This document shows, one piece after another, positions 52,301 to 64,000 of a stretch of DNA of 64,000 nucleotides. The DNA comes from Dimorphilus gyrociliatus. Lineage: Eukaryota > Animalia > Annelida. The notes under the pieces are model-generated. The model saw only the letters and a list, made by a program, of their open reading frames with translations, had not been told where the DNA came from and made no database searches. The stretch is taken from assembly GCA_904063045.1 (NCBI GenBank), contig CAJFCJ010000007.1:4409404-4473403 (forward strand), written 5' to 3'. Both the position numbers and the translations under genes were made by a program. Positions within the stretch are counted from its first letter, which is position 1. Every line of letters starts with the position of its first letter.

Positions 52301-52960
52301 GAACTATTTCAACAGTGTGCCGAAACATTTAGATGAATTGAAAGATTGATCATTAGAATAATTTATCCAAATATTCCATTGTTTTCTCAAAGGTTTTATC
52401 AAAAGAATGCAAAGAGAACAAGATGGATAGTGAAGAATTAAGAAGGCGTTTGTGCATCTTGTTGTGATGCTTTGAAAAAAGCCTATCATATCTCCAGGTA
52501 TCTTGTAAAAATTAATGTTTTATTTTTAATTTATTCTAGGAAATATATATAGGTATATATTTATTGCAATACGCCTATAGATAAAGAGTTACTCTATTTG
52601 ACGTGAATGGACAACCCCGTTGTCCTACTTTCAGAACTTAGATTTAAAAAAATTCTCTCCGTAGCTCTTTAACGAAAACAAACGTATCGAAAGCGTTAAA
52701 TGCTAAATAAATGGATATTTCTTTATAAATTCCAGTATTTTATTAGATTACATGTTTTATTATTAATAAATTATAAGATAATTTAAATTATCTTCTAGCT
52801 TTCTTATTTGTAGAACACCCATCAAACAAACTAGTATTGTAGAGTTCTAGCCTCCAGCTTTATTACAACTTCCGAAAGCGTGACATTTGGGTCAATCTCT
52901 ACTATATATCCTCCTGCAGGGAGCAGTCATTCTTAGATATCCTACCTGTTTACCCAAAAC

Positions 52961-54196
52961 ATGATTCGCGCTATATGGTTGGCATTAATAAACAAAGAAG
53001 TTAGAGATGCAAGTAACGAAGAAATGGCGTAAGATAATTATTATTATTGTAACACATACGGCTATTCATTCTTCATTTTCTAGGATAACCGACCATGCAA
53101 TGTGTCAATCGACGCGTTCGCTAGAAGGTAAAACTGTTATTGTTACTGGTGGCAATTCTGGAGTTGGTAAAGGATGTTGCACAGATTTTATAAGAAGAGG
53201 AGCCAGGGTTATACTTGCGTGTAGAAACCGTGAAAGAGGCAATGATGCTAAATCGGATATTGAGCGGGATACAGGAATTCATGGAAATTTAATAGTTATG
53301 ATACTCGATTTATCAAGTATGAAAAGCGTACGAGAATTTGCAGAAGAATTTAAAGAAAGTATGTAATTTTATACTATAATTCTTCAATAATTTTTAACAA
53401 ATATCATTCGTATTTTGTTTCTTTAAAGAGGAAAGTAGACTGGATATTCTTTTGAACAATGCTGGTGTACCGCGAGCGTCGGAGAGATATTCAGTTGATG
53501 GATTCGAAGGAATTATGGCTACAAATCATATTGGTCATTTCCTATTAACGTATCTATTAATAGATATGCTTAAGAGCTCTGCACCCAGTCGAGTTGTTAA
53601 CGTCTCTTCATCAGGCCACTTTGCATGCAATGACATGATGTTTGAAAATTTTCATGATAGAGGATGTTGCAGTTCTAACGGATTTGTTTTATACAGTAGA
53701 AGTAAAGCTGCAAATGTACTATTTACAAACGAATTGGCTAAAAGATTTTCAAGTGAGTATTATATTAAATATAATGGAATGACTATAACCATTACATTTT
53801 ATTTTTCTTAAACATAGAGCATGGAGTGACAGCCTACTCAGCTCATCCTGGGTTTGTCATGTCTAACTTTACAAGTGGCTATTCTGGATGTAAAGATTGT
53901 ACAACTATACTACTTACCAAATGTATTGGAGGAGCCGATAAATCATATACAAAGACAGTGGAGCAAGGAGCCCAAACACCTATTCATTGTTGTGTAGCAG
54001 AGGGCATAGAGAATGAATCAGGATCTTATTATCAGTAAGCTTTTATAGATAATACAAGTAAATATAAACTAATGTTTCTTATCTAATTATTTGTAGCGAA
54101 TGTAAAGTGCATGTAAAATCAAAATTTTGCACTGACGAAAAGAATTCTCTACGCCTTTGGGATTTAACAAATGAACTCGTTGGAGCCCAATGGTGA
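52961..54196 (+). CDS. Short-chain dehydrogenase/reductase, RDH11-14-like (paralogue B)
   Basis: Exon 1 MIRAIWLALINKEVRD, homologous to paralogue A exon 1; TGGNSGVG, NNAG, NHIGHFLLT, YSRSK, HPG, GAQT; matching exon boundaries; stop at 54194-54196. Confidence 0.9.
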
Positions 54197-54930
54197 TGAA
54201 TATATCAACGATAAACATTTATACTCGAATATATTGACTTTATTACTTGTTAATCTTTCTTGTATAATGCATTAATTCCTAGAACTATGATAAAGGCTAC
54301 TATTGATTGTCTTAACGTCGAGATTAATACTTTTTCATTATTTTAAAAAGAGTGAACAAGAACATTTATAAATGAATAAATTATGATAATTATTACAAAA
54401 TTGGCAGCATTAATACTATTATTTATAGTATGTTATTCAGTATGAGAGAAAGATAAAGATTATTGGATAAATTGAAAATGACATGAAAGCTTAAACTTTA
54501 AACTGTTAGGGGAGAAGAGAGAGAATTATTTATTAAATTAGAAGTTGTCCAATACGTAGATTATTATGACAAGCGTTACGAACAGTCTATTATACAATAA
54601 TTAACGTATTTATTAGACATAAATACTGGTAAAAGCAATATTGATGAAGTAGTTGAAATTATTTTTAAACAAATGAATAAAACCTATTAATTTCTTTTAG
54701 AATAAAAAGATATTTCGAGCTGTATTTAAAGATAGATTTGCATCAGTGTTTTAAGCAAAATTTGCACAGACATACATTGATACATCGAAGGCAAACGTTT
54801 ATGGCTGTAAAAGATTAGATGTACGAACAATTTGTTATATTAATATACAGCAGAATTTTTTAATGTATATACTTGTACATATTTGTTTATAGAATATATA
54901 TAAATATATAAATTCATAAATATATACCTA

Positions 54931-54963
<33 letters not shown>

Positions 54964-55427
54964 TGTATATATATATAAATTATATATATAAATATACATA
55001 TATACATATTTCCTTTATTTTTCATTACAATAAAAAATAGTTGAAAAATGAAATTTTTACTTTCAATTATCATCCTCCTCATCATTACCATTATCATCGT
55101 CATCGTCATCATTATAATTATACAATCATCATAATTATTGTTATGATTCTATTTTTTTTGATTAGTTTTGATAACTTTTTTTCATTTTATATCTCTTTTT
55201 TTTCTGGGGCATGGAATATCACGAAATTTCTATTTAATGTTAATACAATTGATGTTGTTTTTTTTTTCTTTTCATTTTTTGTAAATATTACAAAATACAG
55301 TACGGAAACTTTTAGTATGATAAATTCTCTCCAGTTAAAATAATTAAAATTTTTTAAAAGAATAAATCCCATTAATTAGGCCTATTCTGAAAAATGAATT
55401 CTTTTCGAACATTTGCTTACATATATA

Positions 55428-55462
<35 letters not shown>

Positions 55463-55793
55463 TATATATATATTCCTTCTTTTTTTAATTGTTATTATTG
55501 TTATGATTTTTTTCTTCATTATACATACAGTTTATAGGTAAAAACATTTGTTTTTTTGGGAGATAAAGGTTAAAAAGAAAAAAAAAACTATAAAGAGGCG
55601 TTTGCACTTTCCAACCATTTTTATTTTTAAAATGACTGCGTATCGTCGTTCTACACGAAAGCGAATATAGCAAAAAAGAAATTGACAAATTATGGAGAAA
55701 GTGGCGCGCTATCCATAGTTTTTGAACACCGTACGAATGGAAACTTATTAACTAAAATATGAAATATAAAAGAATTACGAAAGCTTTTTTTTT

Positions 55794-58254
55794 TCATTCA
55801 TGTACCGACTGGCTAAGTAAATGAGATACGGAAGCAGTGCTTAAAACTTTTTGGTAGCTTTTCTTGAAGACTGTATGAACTCTTTGAAAGACTTGGGTGT
55901 CAAAACAACTTCTAGCCGTATTTGTCCCATCAAAAGGTTCTATGTAAATTGAAATAAAGATTAAATAAAATTATGAATTGCGTATCAATTCCCAAAAGAG
56001 AATCAGTATCTTAAATAGTAAAAAAGCGATACAGGAGATATATAAATATATATAAGATGTATATACCTTCAATGCATAAGCATTTCCATTGGGAGTGATT
56101 TTCAGGATTTTCTCTAATTACTGTTGATTTAAGCAATTTTGTCCCTGTTCTGATAGATATAACGTACTTGTCAAAGCTAAAACACAAAAGCAAAATGTTA
56201 GAACATTGTGAATAGCTGAACAGAATCAATCATACTCGAATTCTTCACTAAAATATTTAAGAAATCCGATAAATATTTTTCCAACTGTCTGTGAGTTGTT
56301 AGAAGGAGGATATTCCATTCTTTCATTTAACGTTAAACTCCTAATATCGGTTTGAGAAGAAAATTTATTCTATAAATAAAAAAAATAATGTGATTAGAAG
56401 ATTATAAACAATGTTTTTTTCGCTTAAGACAACTTACGGGAAATAATCTTTGCAGATTTGGAATAACTGGAGGATTACAACCGCATTGTAAATAATGTAG
56501 GACCATTAGCACTATACTATAGCTCGAAATTGTTCCCTGACTTGCATCATTAATATTTTGAAATTTAGCCCAACTCTTAACGAAGATAACTAGAGGTTTG
56601 ATACGCCAGTCAACTAGAGAAAGAAATAATAAATTATTATAGTAATTCAATTTAATTAAATATATATAAATACTTTTCGAATATGCATTTAACAAGTGGG
56701 TATTTCGTATTCCGACATGATTATTAATATTTAAATCGCATTCAATGTGCCTATAACAAAGTAAAATAAACTTGATATATAAATACATATATGTATAATA
56801 ATTATATTATTAAGCATAATTTGCTTACTTCAAATTGTCAGTGAATTTCAGAATAGGCACTTTGGCAGGAATTAGCAAAATATTAGATATAAAATCTATT
56901 GGGAGATTTAAGAAATATAATAATAAAATTTATATAGATAGATAAAGTTGTATGTTTATTTTTTACCAAGCTTTCTTAAAGACCGCTGAACTATTCGTAA
57001 AATATCAAAGGCTTCTTGACGCTGATCAATCTATAATTAAAAATATTTTGTATTAGATTATACACTTATTTTATCTGTAATTTAATCTTACCGGTAAATG
57101 TGTAAGCATCAAACATAGATCCATATCGCTCTTATTTGTACCGAAACCATTCATTGATGAGCCAACAACATACAAACCAGCATAAGGAAATACTGCTTTG
57201 AGAACTGCATTTAGAGCCTCTCTCAACTGCATTTTACCACTATACATCTCAGGGGGTTGTTGCATTTTGTTGTAATGCTCGATCAAGAAAGTGTTTATCT
57301 ATAAGAAAATAATTTATTATCTTTTCAAAAGTTGATGATTTTTCAATACGTATGGAAAAGAAAAAAAATGGAAGGAATTTCAATTTAATGTTGAAAATAT
57401 CTAATGAGTACGGTTAGCGTTAAAGTTACCTAAAATACAAAATGGACGATGATTTTTTTTAATCCATAAAAAAAGTGTTTAGTCATTTAGGAAAATGCAT
57501 TAATTTCTTACAGAAATATATTAATAAATAAACTAAGAGGGAAAGTATTGTATAAAGAGAAAGACTTAAAAGGAAATGTAAGAGATAGATAGATATAGAT
57601 AGAGAAAATGCGACATGTATATATTTCTACGCGGCTAAAGAAAGGGTGAAAATTGAAAAATGTATGTTATTAAGGTATAATTTTTACCTTCTGGTTGTCG
57701 ATACGCTTCGAATTATGGGAAATAAAAGAAACGCCGCTCTTAGGATTCGGTCTATAACGTTTTCCCTCAGATGACGAGTCGTTATAAGATGGATTATTCC
57801 GTTGACGAGCGGGTTCAGAATAATGTCGTCTGAAAAATATGACAAGTAAAATTTAACACAGTTTTATTCAAAAGGAAAGGATGCTTTTATATTTATTAAT
57901 AGAATAAAAGATTAATTGCAATACTTACTTAACTCCTCGAGCAGCCATACTTAAGATAAGACCGTTCTGTAACCCAACTGGAGTTCCACAAAGACGACTC
58001 TCCTGTAAAATATTATCGATATCATCTTCCGAGCTATTAAGGGCTTCGAAAAGCCTCTTCTGTTCGGCAGGAATGCTGAGCACTTGCTCTTTCAATTCGC
58101 TCGCCGAAAGATTAGGCGGGTGATATAAATCTGAGGAAAAGTCCGCTTGCTGAACGTATTGAACAGTTAGTTGCTGCTGCGGAGGAGGGGGTGGCGAAAC
58201 TAGTACGATTTGTGGCACAACGGGAACAGTCTGAACGACTGGAGAATAAAACAT
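55794..58254 (-). CDS. TENT2: Cytoplasmic poly(A) polymerase GLD-2 (TENT2/PAPD4)
   Basis: VVGSSMNGFGTNKSDMDLCL (GS..DxD), AKVPILKF, ECDLNINNHVGIRNTHLL, LVIFVKSWAK..NINDASQGTISSYS..LMVLHYLQ, CIEEPFDGTNTAR. Low-complexity P/Q-rich N-terminus. Confidence 0.9.
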
Positions 58255-59685
58255 TGTTCATTGAACATAGTTTATTTCAAGACGACGATAAAAAACTGCT
58301 CATTTTCCGAAAGTATTTCCACTGACGAATGCGACTGACTTATTTTATATTAAAAAATCTTGGGGGCGGAGAGAAAGGGTTTACTTTATATAAAGAGTAC
58401 TTGCTTATAAACAACTCAATACGGTTATTTACCGAGCTGACAACTTTATTAACCACTAGGTCTAAATAATCTACCAATAATTTACCTTTAATAAATTAAG
58501 ATGACCTATTTTTTCCAAATTTCTAATAATTAACCAACAAAATTAACAGCTAAAATATCAAGTTTTGTCCATGTTTTCTGTCCGCGTGTGGGCGATAATT
58601 CAAGAACAAGAACATTTATATTGTTTACGTATTTTTCCTTTGAAAAATTATTATACAAATTTTAATATCGAAATAAAAATGATTTGAACAAATATAGCAC
58701 ATGAACATATATTTAAAAGATGTTTTAAGAAATATTTTTCTAAAATCATATCCTATAGGTGTCTCTCGCATCGATTTAAGATAAAATTTCGCAATACATT
58801 AAAGAAACAATCTAATATGAGCAGAGAGAATCTCTTTTCTTTTAAATTATTGCGATATAACCATAATAGTATATACAAATCTATTTAGGCGGAAAGAAAT
58901 AGCAAAGAGTTGAATATAAAAGCTAATTAACCATTAAAATATAAACAAATAAGGATTGAAAGTATCTTGTTTTGTTCTGGTTAATATTTTATTATACACA
59001 GAGGAAAAACACTAATAAAAGCATGAAAATATTTGAAAAACAAAAATTGTAAATGTAGAGATACTTTAGGTTTGAAACCATTAAAAACTAATTGAATAGA
59101 AAACTACAATATAAATGCATGCATAGATAAGAAAGAGACTGAATTATAGCTAATTGCAATTGAAATTGTCTATGCAATAACAATTGCCTTTAAACGGATA
59201 TAACAATCACATGACCTTTAAAATTGTCAGTGTCAGTGGCATAGTTAATTACTAAATTAAAAAAAAAAGACAAAGTTGAGCATGTTATTTTAGAACGAAA
59301 ATATGTAACAATAAAGTTGTTTAAACGATATCAGACACCATTAAAAACAGTAAAAATGCAACAAGATCGAAATAATTCGTATATGTAACAGCAGGGTTAA
59401 TATTTTTTGTTGTTGTTTTTCAATAGATTTAGAATAGATATACAACATTCTTTTTTGTCAATATATTCTATATATAGCTCTCTCTCTCTCTCTCTCTCTC
59501 TATTTTGCCTTTCTAAGTTTTTATGTTGAAATATTACGAAAATAATGTTTAAAAAAAAGTCGATATAAACACGATTATTATAATTATTATGGCTATTTGA
59601 ATAAATTAAATTATAAATGGAAAAAAAAAACAACAGAAAAAAATAGACCCAAAAAATTATGGTCGAATAATAGAATAGAATTTTT

Positions 59686-60560
59686 TTAATAAAATGATTG
59701 TTTTGAAAGTTCATAAGCTCGAATTTCTGCGAAATTTGAATTTCCAATGCTTAAAAATAAAACATTTCTTGCATCGTTCAAGCACATTCCTCTTATTTCT
59801 ATATTATCTTCTTTTAAATCGATTACTTGTTCTTTATGATGATCGGATGTCGAAATACGAAACACCATACCGTATCTATCTCCATAAATGATATTCTTTT
59901 TCTGATCAACAGCTATAAATTGTGTATTGAATGGTATATCGTTTATCTCTGATTTATAAAACCCATCGGCGTCTAAACATATAATTTTTGAACGAATAAG
60001 AACGTATACATTGCGATTTAGATCGACTGAGATGTCTCTTATGTCAGACAAAGGAGTAGATCGTCTAAAAAAGCTTTTAGTTCGAAAACTTTTAATAACT
60101 CTTTGAGGTTTAAGCGTTCTTGTAGAGAAATAATGTAACGATTCAAGAGACGCTCCAATAGTACCAAATCTAGCATTTTTAATATTTCTTAAAACTCTTT
60201 TTGTAATTGACGATTCGAATTGAACGCCGTCAGTTGAATAGAGATGTAATGAGCTACTTGTTAATATAGCAATTTGTTCACCATCCCAACAGATATCTTT
60301 GGCTCCTATACATCTAAACATTGATTGAAATGTTCCAGAAGAAGAGAATATTTGTATAGTCATTAGTTGACTATCAAGACAAGCAACAGATCCAGTTAAA
60401 TTGTTGACACTTAATTTCGAAATACTTTTAAAGCAGTTAGCTTGAATAGAATTTTGAGAGAATCTTCCAAATCTTAAAATTTCGATACCAGGACGATTCT
60501 TTAAGCTCGGATATAAAGAACTCTCGGGCGCTATAACAATTAGAAGAGAAATATACAGTG

Positions 60561-60601
<41 letters not shown>

Positions 60602-61392
60602 ATAATGCGTATTTAAAGAATTCTATGGAATATATGAGATAAAAAGAGAATTTAGCAAGAAAGAAGAGTATCTTATTATTTATATCAAGATGAGGAGACT
60701 GATCTTTGTTTATATCTCTGCTCTTTCTATGATGGACGTTACATAGTTATAATAAAATTTTTAATGAACTTACCTGTTCTGCTACGGCTTCTGCTTCTTG
60801 GAATTCTCATCGACATATTTCTAGTAAGGCGTCCCGGAATAGGAACATCAATTATTTCCCTTCTTACAGGTGGTAATGATGTTCTAGATCTTGTTCTTCC
60901 AGTATATTCGGGATTATAAGGAGGTGGACGTTCTTGATTTTGAAGAGCAAGAATTGATTCGTTAGATTCTTTTCTGCATAGGCCACAAACTTGATTGGGA
61001 AGACTCTGATATTCTGGAAATCTTGAATAGCACACTTGACATATTGAATGATTACAGATATGACGCAATATATCTTTTGGATTATGGCAAATAGAACAAT
61101 AATCCTTAGAATTTGGTATATCAACTATAATTCCAGATCTTGAATTTCGTATTAGTTTTTGTAAATTCAAAGCAGTCTTATCGGTTGTAATAAATGAATA
61201 TTTTGTAAAAAATCCACAGCAATCGCAGATTAATCCAGTAGAATTTCCTAATAGTTCATTTTCCCTAACACAAAACAAACATATCGAATGCTGACACGAT
61301 AATAGTTGAGGTTTTCTCGTATGCTTATCATAGAGATTCCGACAATTTTGACAAAAAATAAGATATTTTATTATTGGGTGGTCGACATCCAT
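59686..61392 (-). CDS. Tandem double RING-HC, R/S-rich linker and NHL-like beta-propeller; putative E3 ligase, 2 coding exons
   Basis: Two C3HC4 motifs sharing C.HSIC..C-x14-C..C. Phase-1 intron 60531-60773 joins ...RSRT to APESSLYPSLK in frame. C-terminal repeats such as DISVDLNRNVYVL and FIAVDQKKNIIYGD are NHL-like. Confidence 0.75.
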
Positions 61393-62941
61393 CTTGATTT
61401 ATCGTCTCTGCTAGAAATCGAAATAGATACTTTAAAAGGCTATCTCGTTAGATTAACTCTCTTCGAAGACTTAACTAAACACTAATCAGACAAAAGAGTT
61501 TGAGCACTAAAATAAAACTATTTCAAACAATTTTAGACCTATCACAAACGTAGATGACTCATTTTTTAAAAATTAAACAAAGAGTACAACTAATCGCCTT
61601 AGTTAAAAGTGTATAAAATCAACTTACCTCCGACATTAATTGTTCGGCATTCGTTTGACCTTTCATACTAAATTATTATTAGCATTTTAAAGATCTTTTC
61701 GCTTGTTAGATATAAATAACCGTCTAACCGACGCCAATACCTGTGGAAAATACCCCTGGAGAATCCATATAGTCACATGACAAAACAAATTCGATGATTG
61801 GTCAATAAATTTGAATTTATTTGAATTATATTAATTGCAAAAACCGTTACAGTGTTTATATGTTTGTAATAAAAATTGGTATGTTAATAATGAATAAAAA
61901 TCAATAAATTTTTAGAATATTTTCAATAATGTTTTTAAAAAGGAAAAAAAACTGTTGAATTATCATGAAAAATGATAAAAATAAATATAATCATTTATTT
62001 GCTATGATTAACATTTATTACCAATTTTTTAAATATTTTGGCTTATTTTGCATTGTATTTTATTGTTTTCTTTAAAGAAATGAATATAATTTAAAAATAA
62101 TTTAATATAACGCAAATATAAAAATCATTTACAACAAACTTCTTCCTTCTTAATTTGTATGATTTTCATAAAAACTTTAATATATCACAAATAAAACTGA
62201 TAGCCATAGATATATAATGAACAAATATGTATGTATACAATAAATACATTGTATATACAAGCTTATTTATAAAAAGTTGACAGTTTTATTACAAGAGATA
62301 CTATTTCAGCTTTATTATTATATCTTATTATGGTTTTTTTTTTTAATAAAAAAAACTTACAGAAGGGAAAACAAAGTTTTTTTCCTAGTTCCTTCATCCT
62401 GTTACTGAAAAATTTATTCATTTTATAAGCTTTTTTCTTTAGGAAGTGTCATTCTAACTATCATATTATTAAGCCTATATTACTCAATACTATGTTGCTT
62501 ATGTGGCTTATTCTAATTTAAAGTTGTTCATATTCTTTTCAAACCTACTGCATATGTATTATATTTCAATTGAAAAAAAAAACAATAGATGGCGCTGTTA
62601 GTATAACAATAATAATTAACAATAAGCGAACCTTATGCTATATAGTTTTTACTGAATATGTAACTACTTCCTTCTCTCTCCTATCTGAACCAATTAGTGG
62701 TAAAAGTTGTAAAAGTAATTGAGTTTAGAAAGTAAAATACTTTAATTAAAAATTTTTCCTATCAGCCATCGTCACTTGGGAGGATGAGAGGAGGGGGTGG
62801 AGGTTGTAGGGTAGGAGTCAAACGGTGCTAGGGAAAGGAAAGTAGCGAATACGTGTGTAATATATTTTGAAAAAGTACGGCAATGTTTCTACGTGATGTA
62901 AAATTCTTTATACATAATTATATTTAATGTAATTGGTTTTG

Positions 62942-62992
<51 letters not shown>

Positions 62993-64000
62993 TTATATAA
63001 TAGTCGATAAACGTGCTAATATAAGTTTATGCTACTAAATGAAAACTTCTGCGTCGTGTAAAGATTTTGTCGTGAACAAGAAAATATTTATTCATTCTTT
63101 GTAAAGGAACAACAACGCTATAACTAAATCACTTACTAAGGAATGATATTTAAATAAAATAGATAAGTTTCATTGTGAGTTATATAAACTATTGATAGTG
63201 GATTATATAGATATAGTTTATATCTACTTGTATATAGTATACAATTTATATATATATCGTATATATCGATCTATACCAATGTTCCCTTTTTTTGGAAGTG
63301 AAAAACAGCATCTCCACCCCCTTAGATTTACGCCCCCGCGCAGTTTTCTATAAAGTATCCTTACCTCTTCCCTGATTTCTTACAGTGACAGGAAAAGAAT
63401 CGAAATAATCTAGAACAGTTTTCCCTTAAACATTAATTATTAATGGCAATTAAATGATTAAAGAAAGAGGAATATTATCTTATTCAAATTAGGTTTTGTG
63501 TAGTGACGTAGAAAAGAGAATTTATTTGAGCAGGCAATTTTTAAATCTGCCTCAAAATGCTTTGATGGATTACTGTAATTATATTCTTGCTAAACAGTAA
63601 TTTTCCCGCCTTATTGTATTTGGGAAAAGTTTCATTATTCTAAATGTTTCTTTAAAGTCGTTACTGGAGTAAAAATGAGAAACTTGCATAGAGATGGAGA
63701 AACATTGAGATAGAGAAAAGGAAAGAGACAGATAAGAGAAATAGATGGGTAAATAGCGAGAGACAATGGGGGAGAGTAAAAATAAAGAAGAAAAGAATTG
63801 AAGAGTAATATGTGTTTGAGTAAGAAATTTTGAATAAGATAAGCTTGGGATTGAGATTATCTTTATTAAAGTGCATAGAAGATTATCTTTAATGAAAAAA
63901 AAAGCACATGAATATTTTCGTATAAAATTGCCATGCAAAAGAAAAAAGACCCTTTTTAAAATTTTTTCTTGGAAAATGATCGGTTTACTAAGGAATACGA

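Noticed and set aside
54840-55688. Several ORFs with His/Ile/Tyr runs between SDR-B and GLD-2
   Set aside because: Translations of (TA)n and (CAT)n-type simple repeats.
62770-62845. G-rich tract (possible G-quadruplex or Pro-rich exon)
   Set aside because: G-runs are irregular and all reading frames close quickly; no splice context supports an exon.
63579-63938. ORFs 63579..63938 and 63661..63876
   Set aside because: Derived from GA-rich low-complexity sequence with no domain features.
1-64000. CRISPR arrays, tRNA/rRNA genes, intact transposase or reverse transcriptase ORFs
   Set aside because: None seen: no regularly spaced repeats, no tRNA T-loop/cloverleaf context, and no DDE or RT motifs in the ORF track.

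Overview
AT-rich, gene-dense eukaryotic (animal) genomic DNA with short GT-AG introns. The compact layout and a SPILE-like TALE homeobox suggest a spiralian, which is inference only. No prokaryotic features, CRISPR arrays, rRNA or tRNA were seen. Genes in order: GPAT3/4 acyltransferase (-); divergent TALE homeobox (-); a ~23 kb axonemal dynein heavy chain, DNAH14-like (-), whose two largest introns each hold a nested gene (a 67-aa RING micro-protein on the same strand and a tandem death-domain-like protein antisense); GALNT2-like (+); IFT56/TTC26 (-); TMEM62 (-); two CARM1/PRMT4 paralogues (+); two head-to-head RDH11-14-like SDRs; GLD-2/TENT2 (-); and a double-RING + NHL-like propeller gene (-). 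The main finding is a ~9.4 kb tandem duplication (part of IFT56, TMEM62, CARM1) whose breakpoint lies inside the last exon of CARM1 copy 1. That copy's C-terminus, stop codon and 3' UTR derive from the antisense strand of an IFT56 exon. The second unit shrank by deletions, two with clear microhomology. The two CARM1 copies alternate between identical tracts and non-synonymous islands near the substrate pocket. Also notable: a perfect ChoRE in GPAT intron 1, a 26-bp triple E-box palindrome, and 11 TATA-C(A/T)G-TATA motifs resembling Tc1/mariner excision footprints. All exon structures were assembled by eye and family assignments rest on recalled sequences, not database searches.
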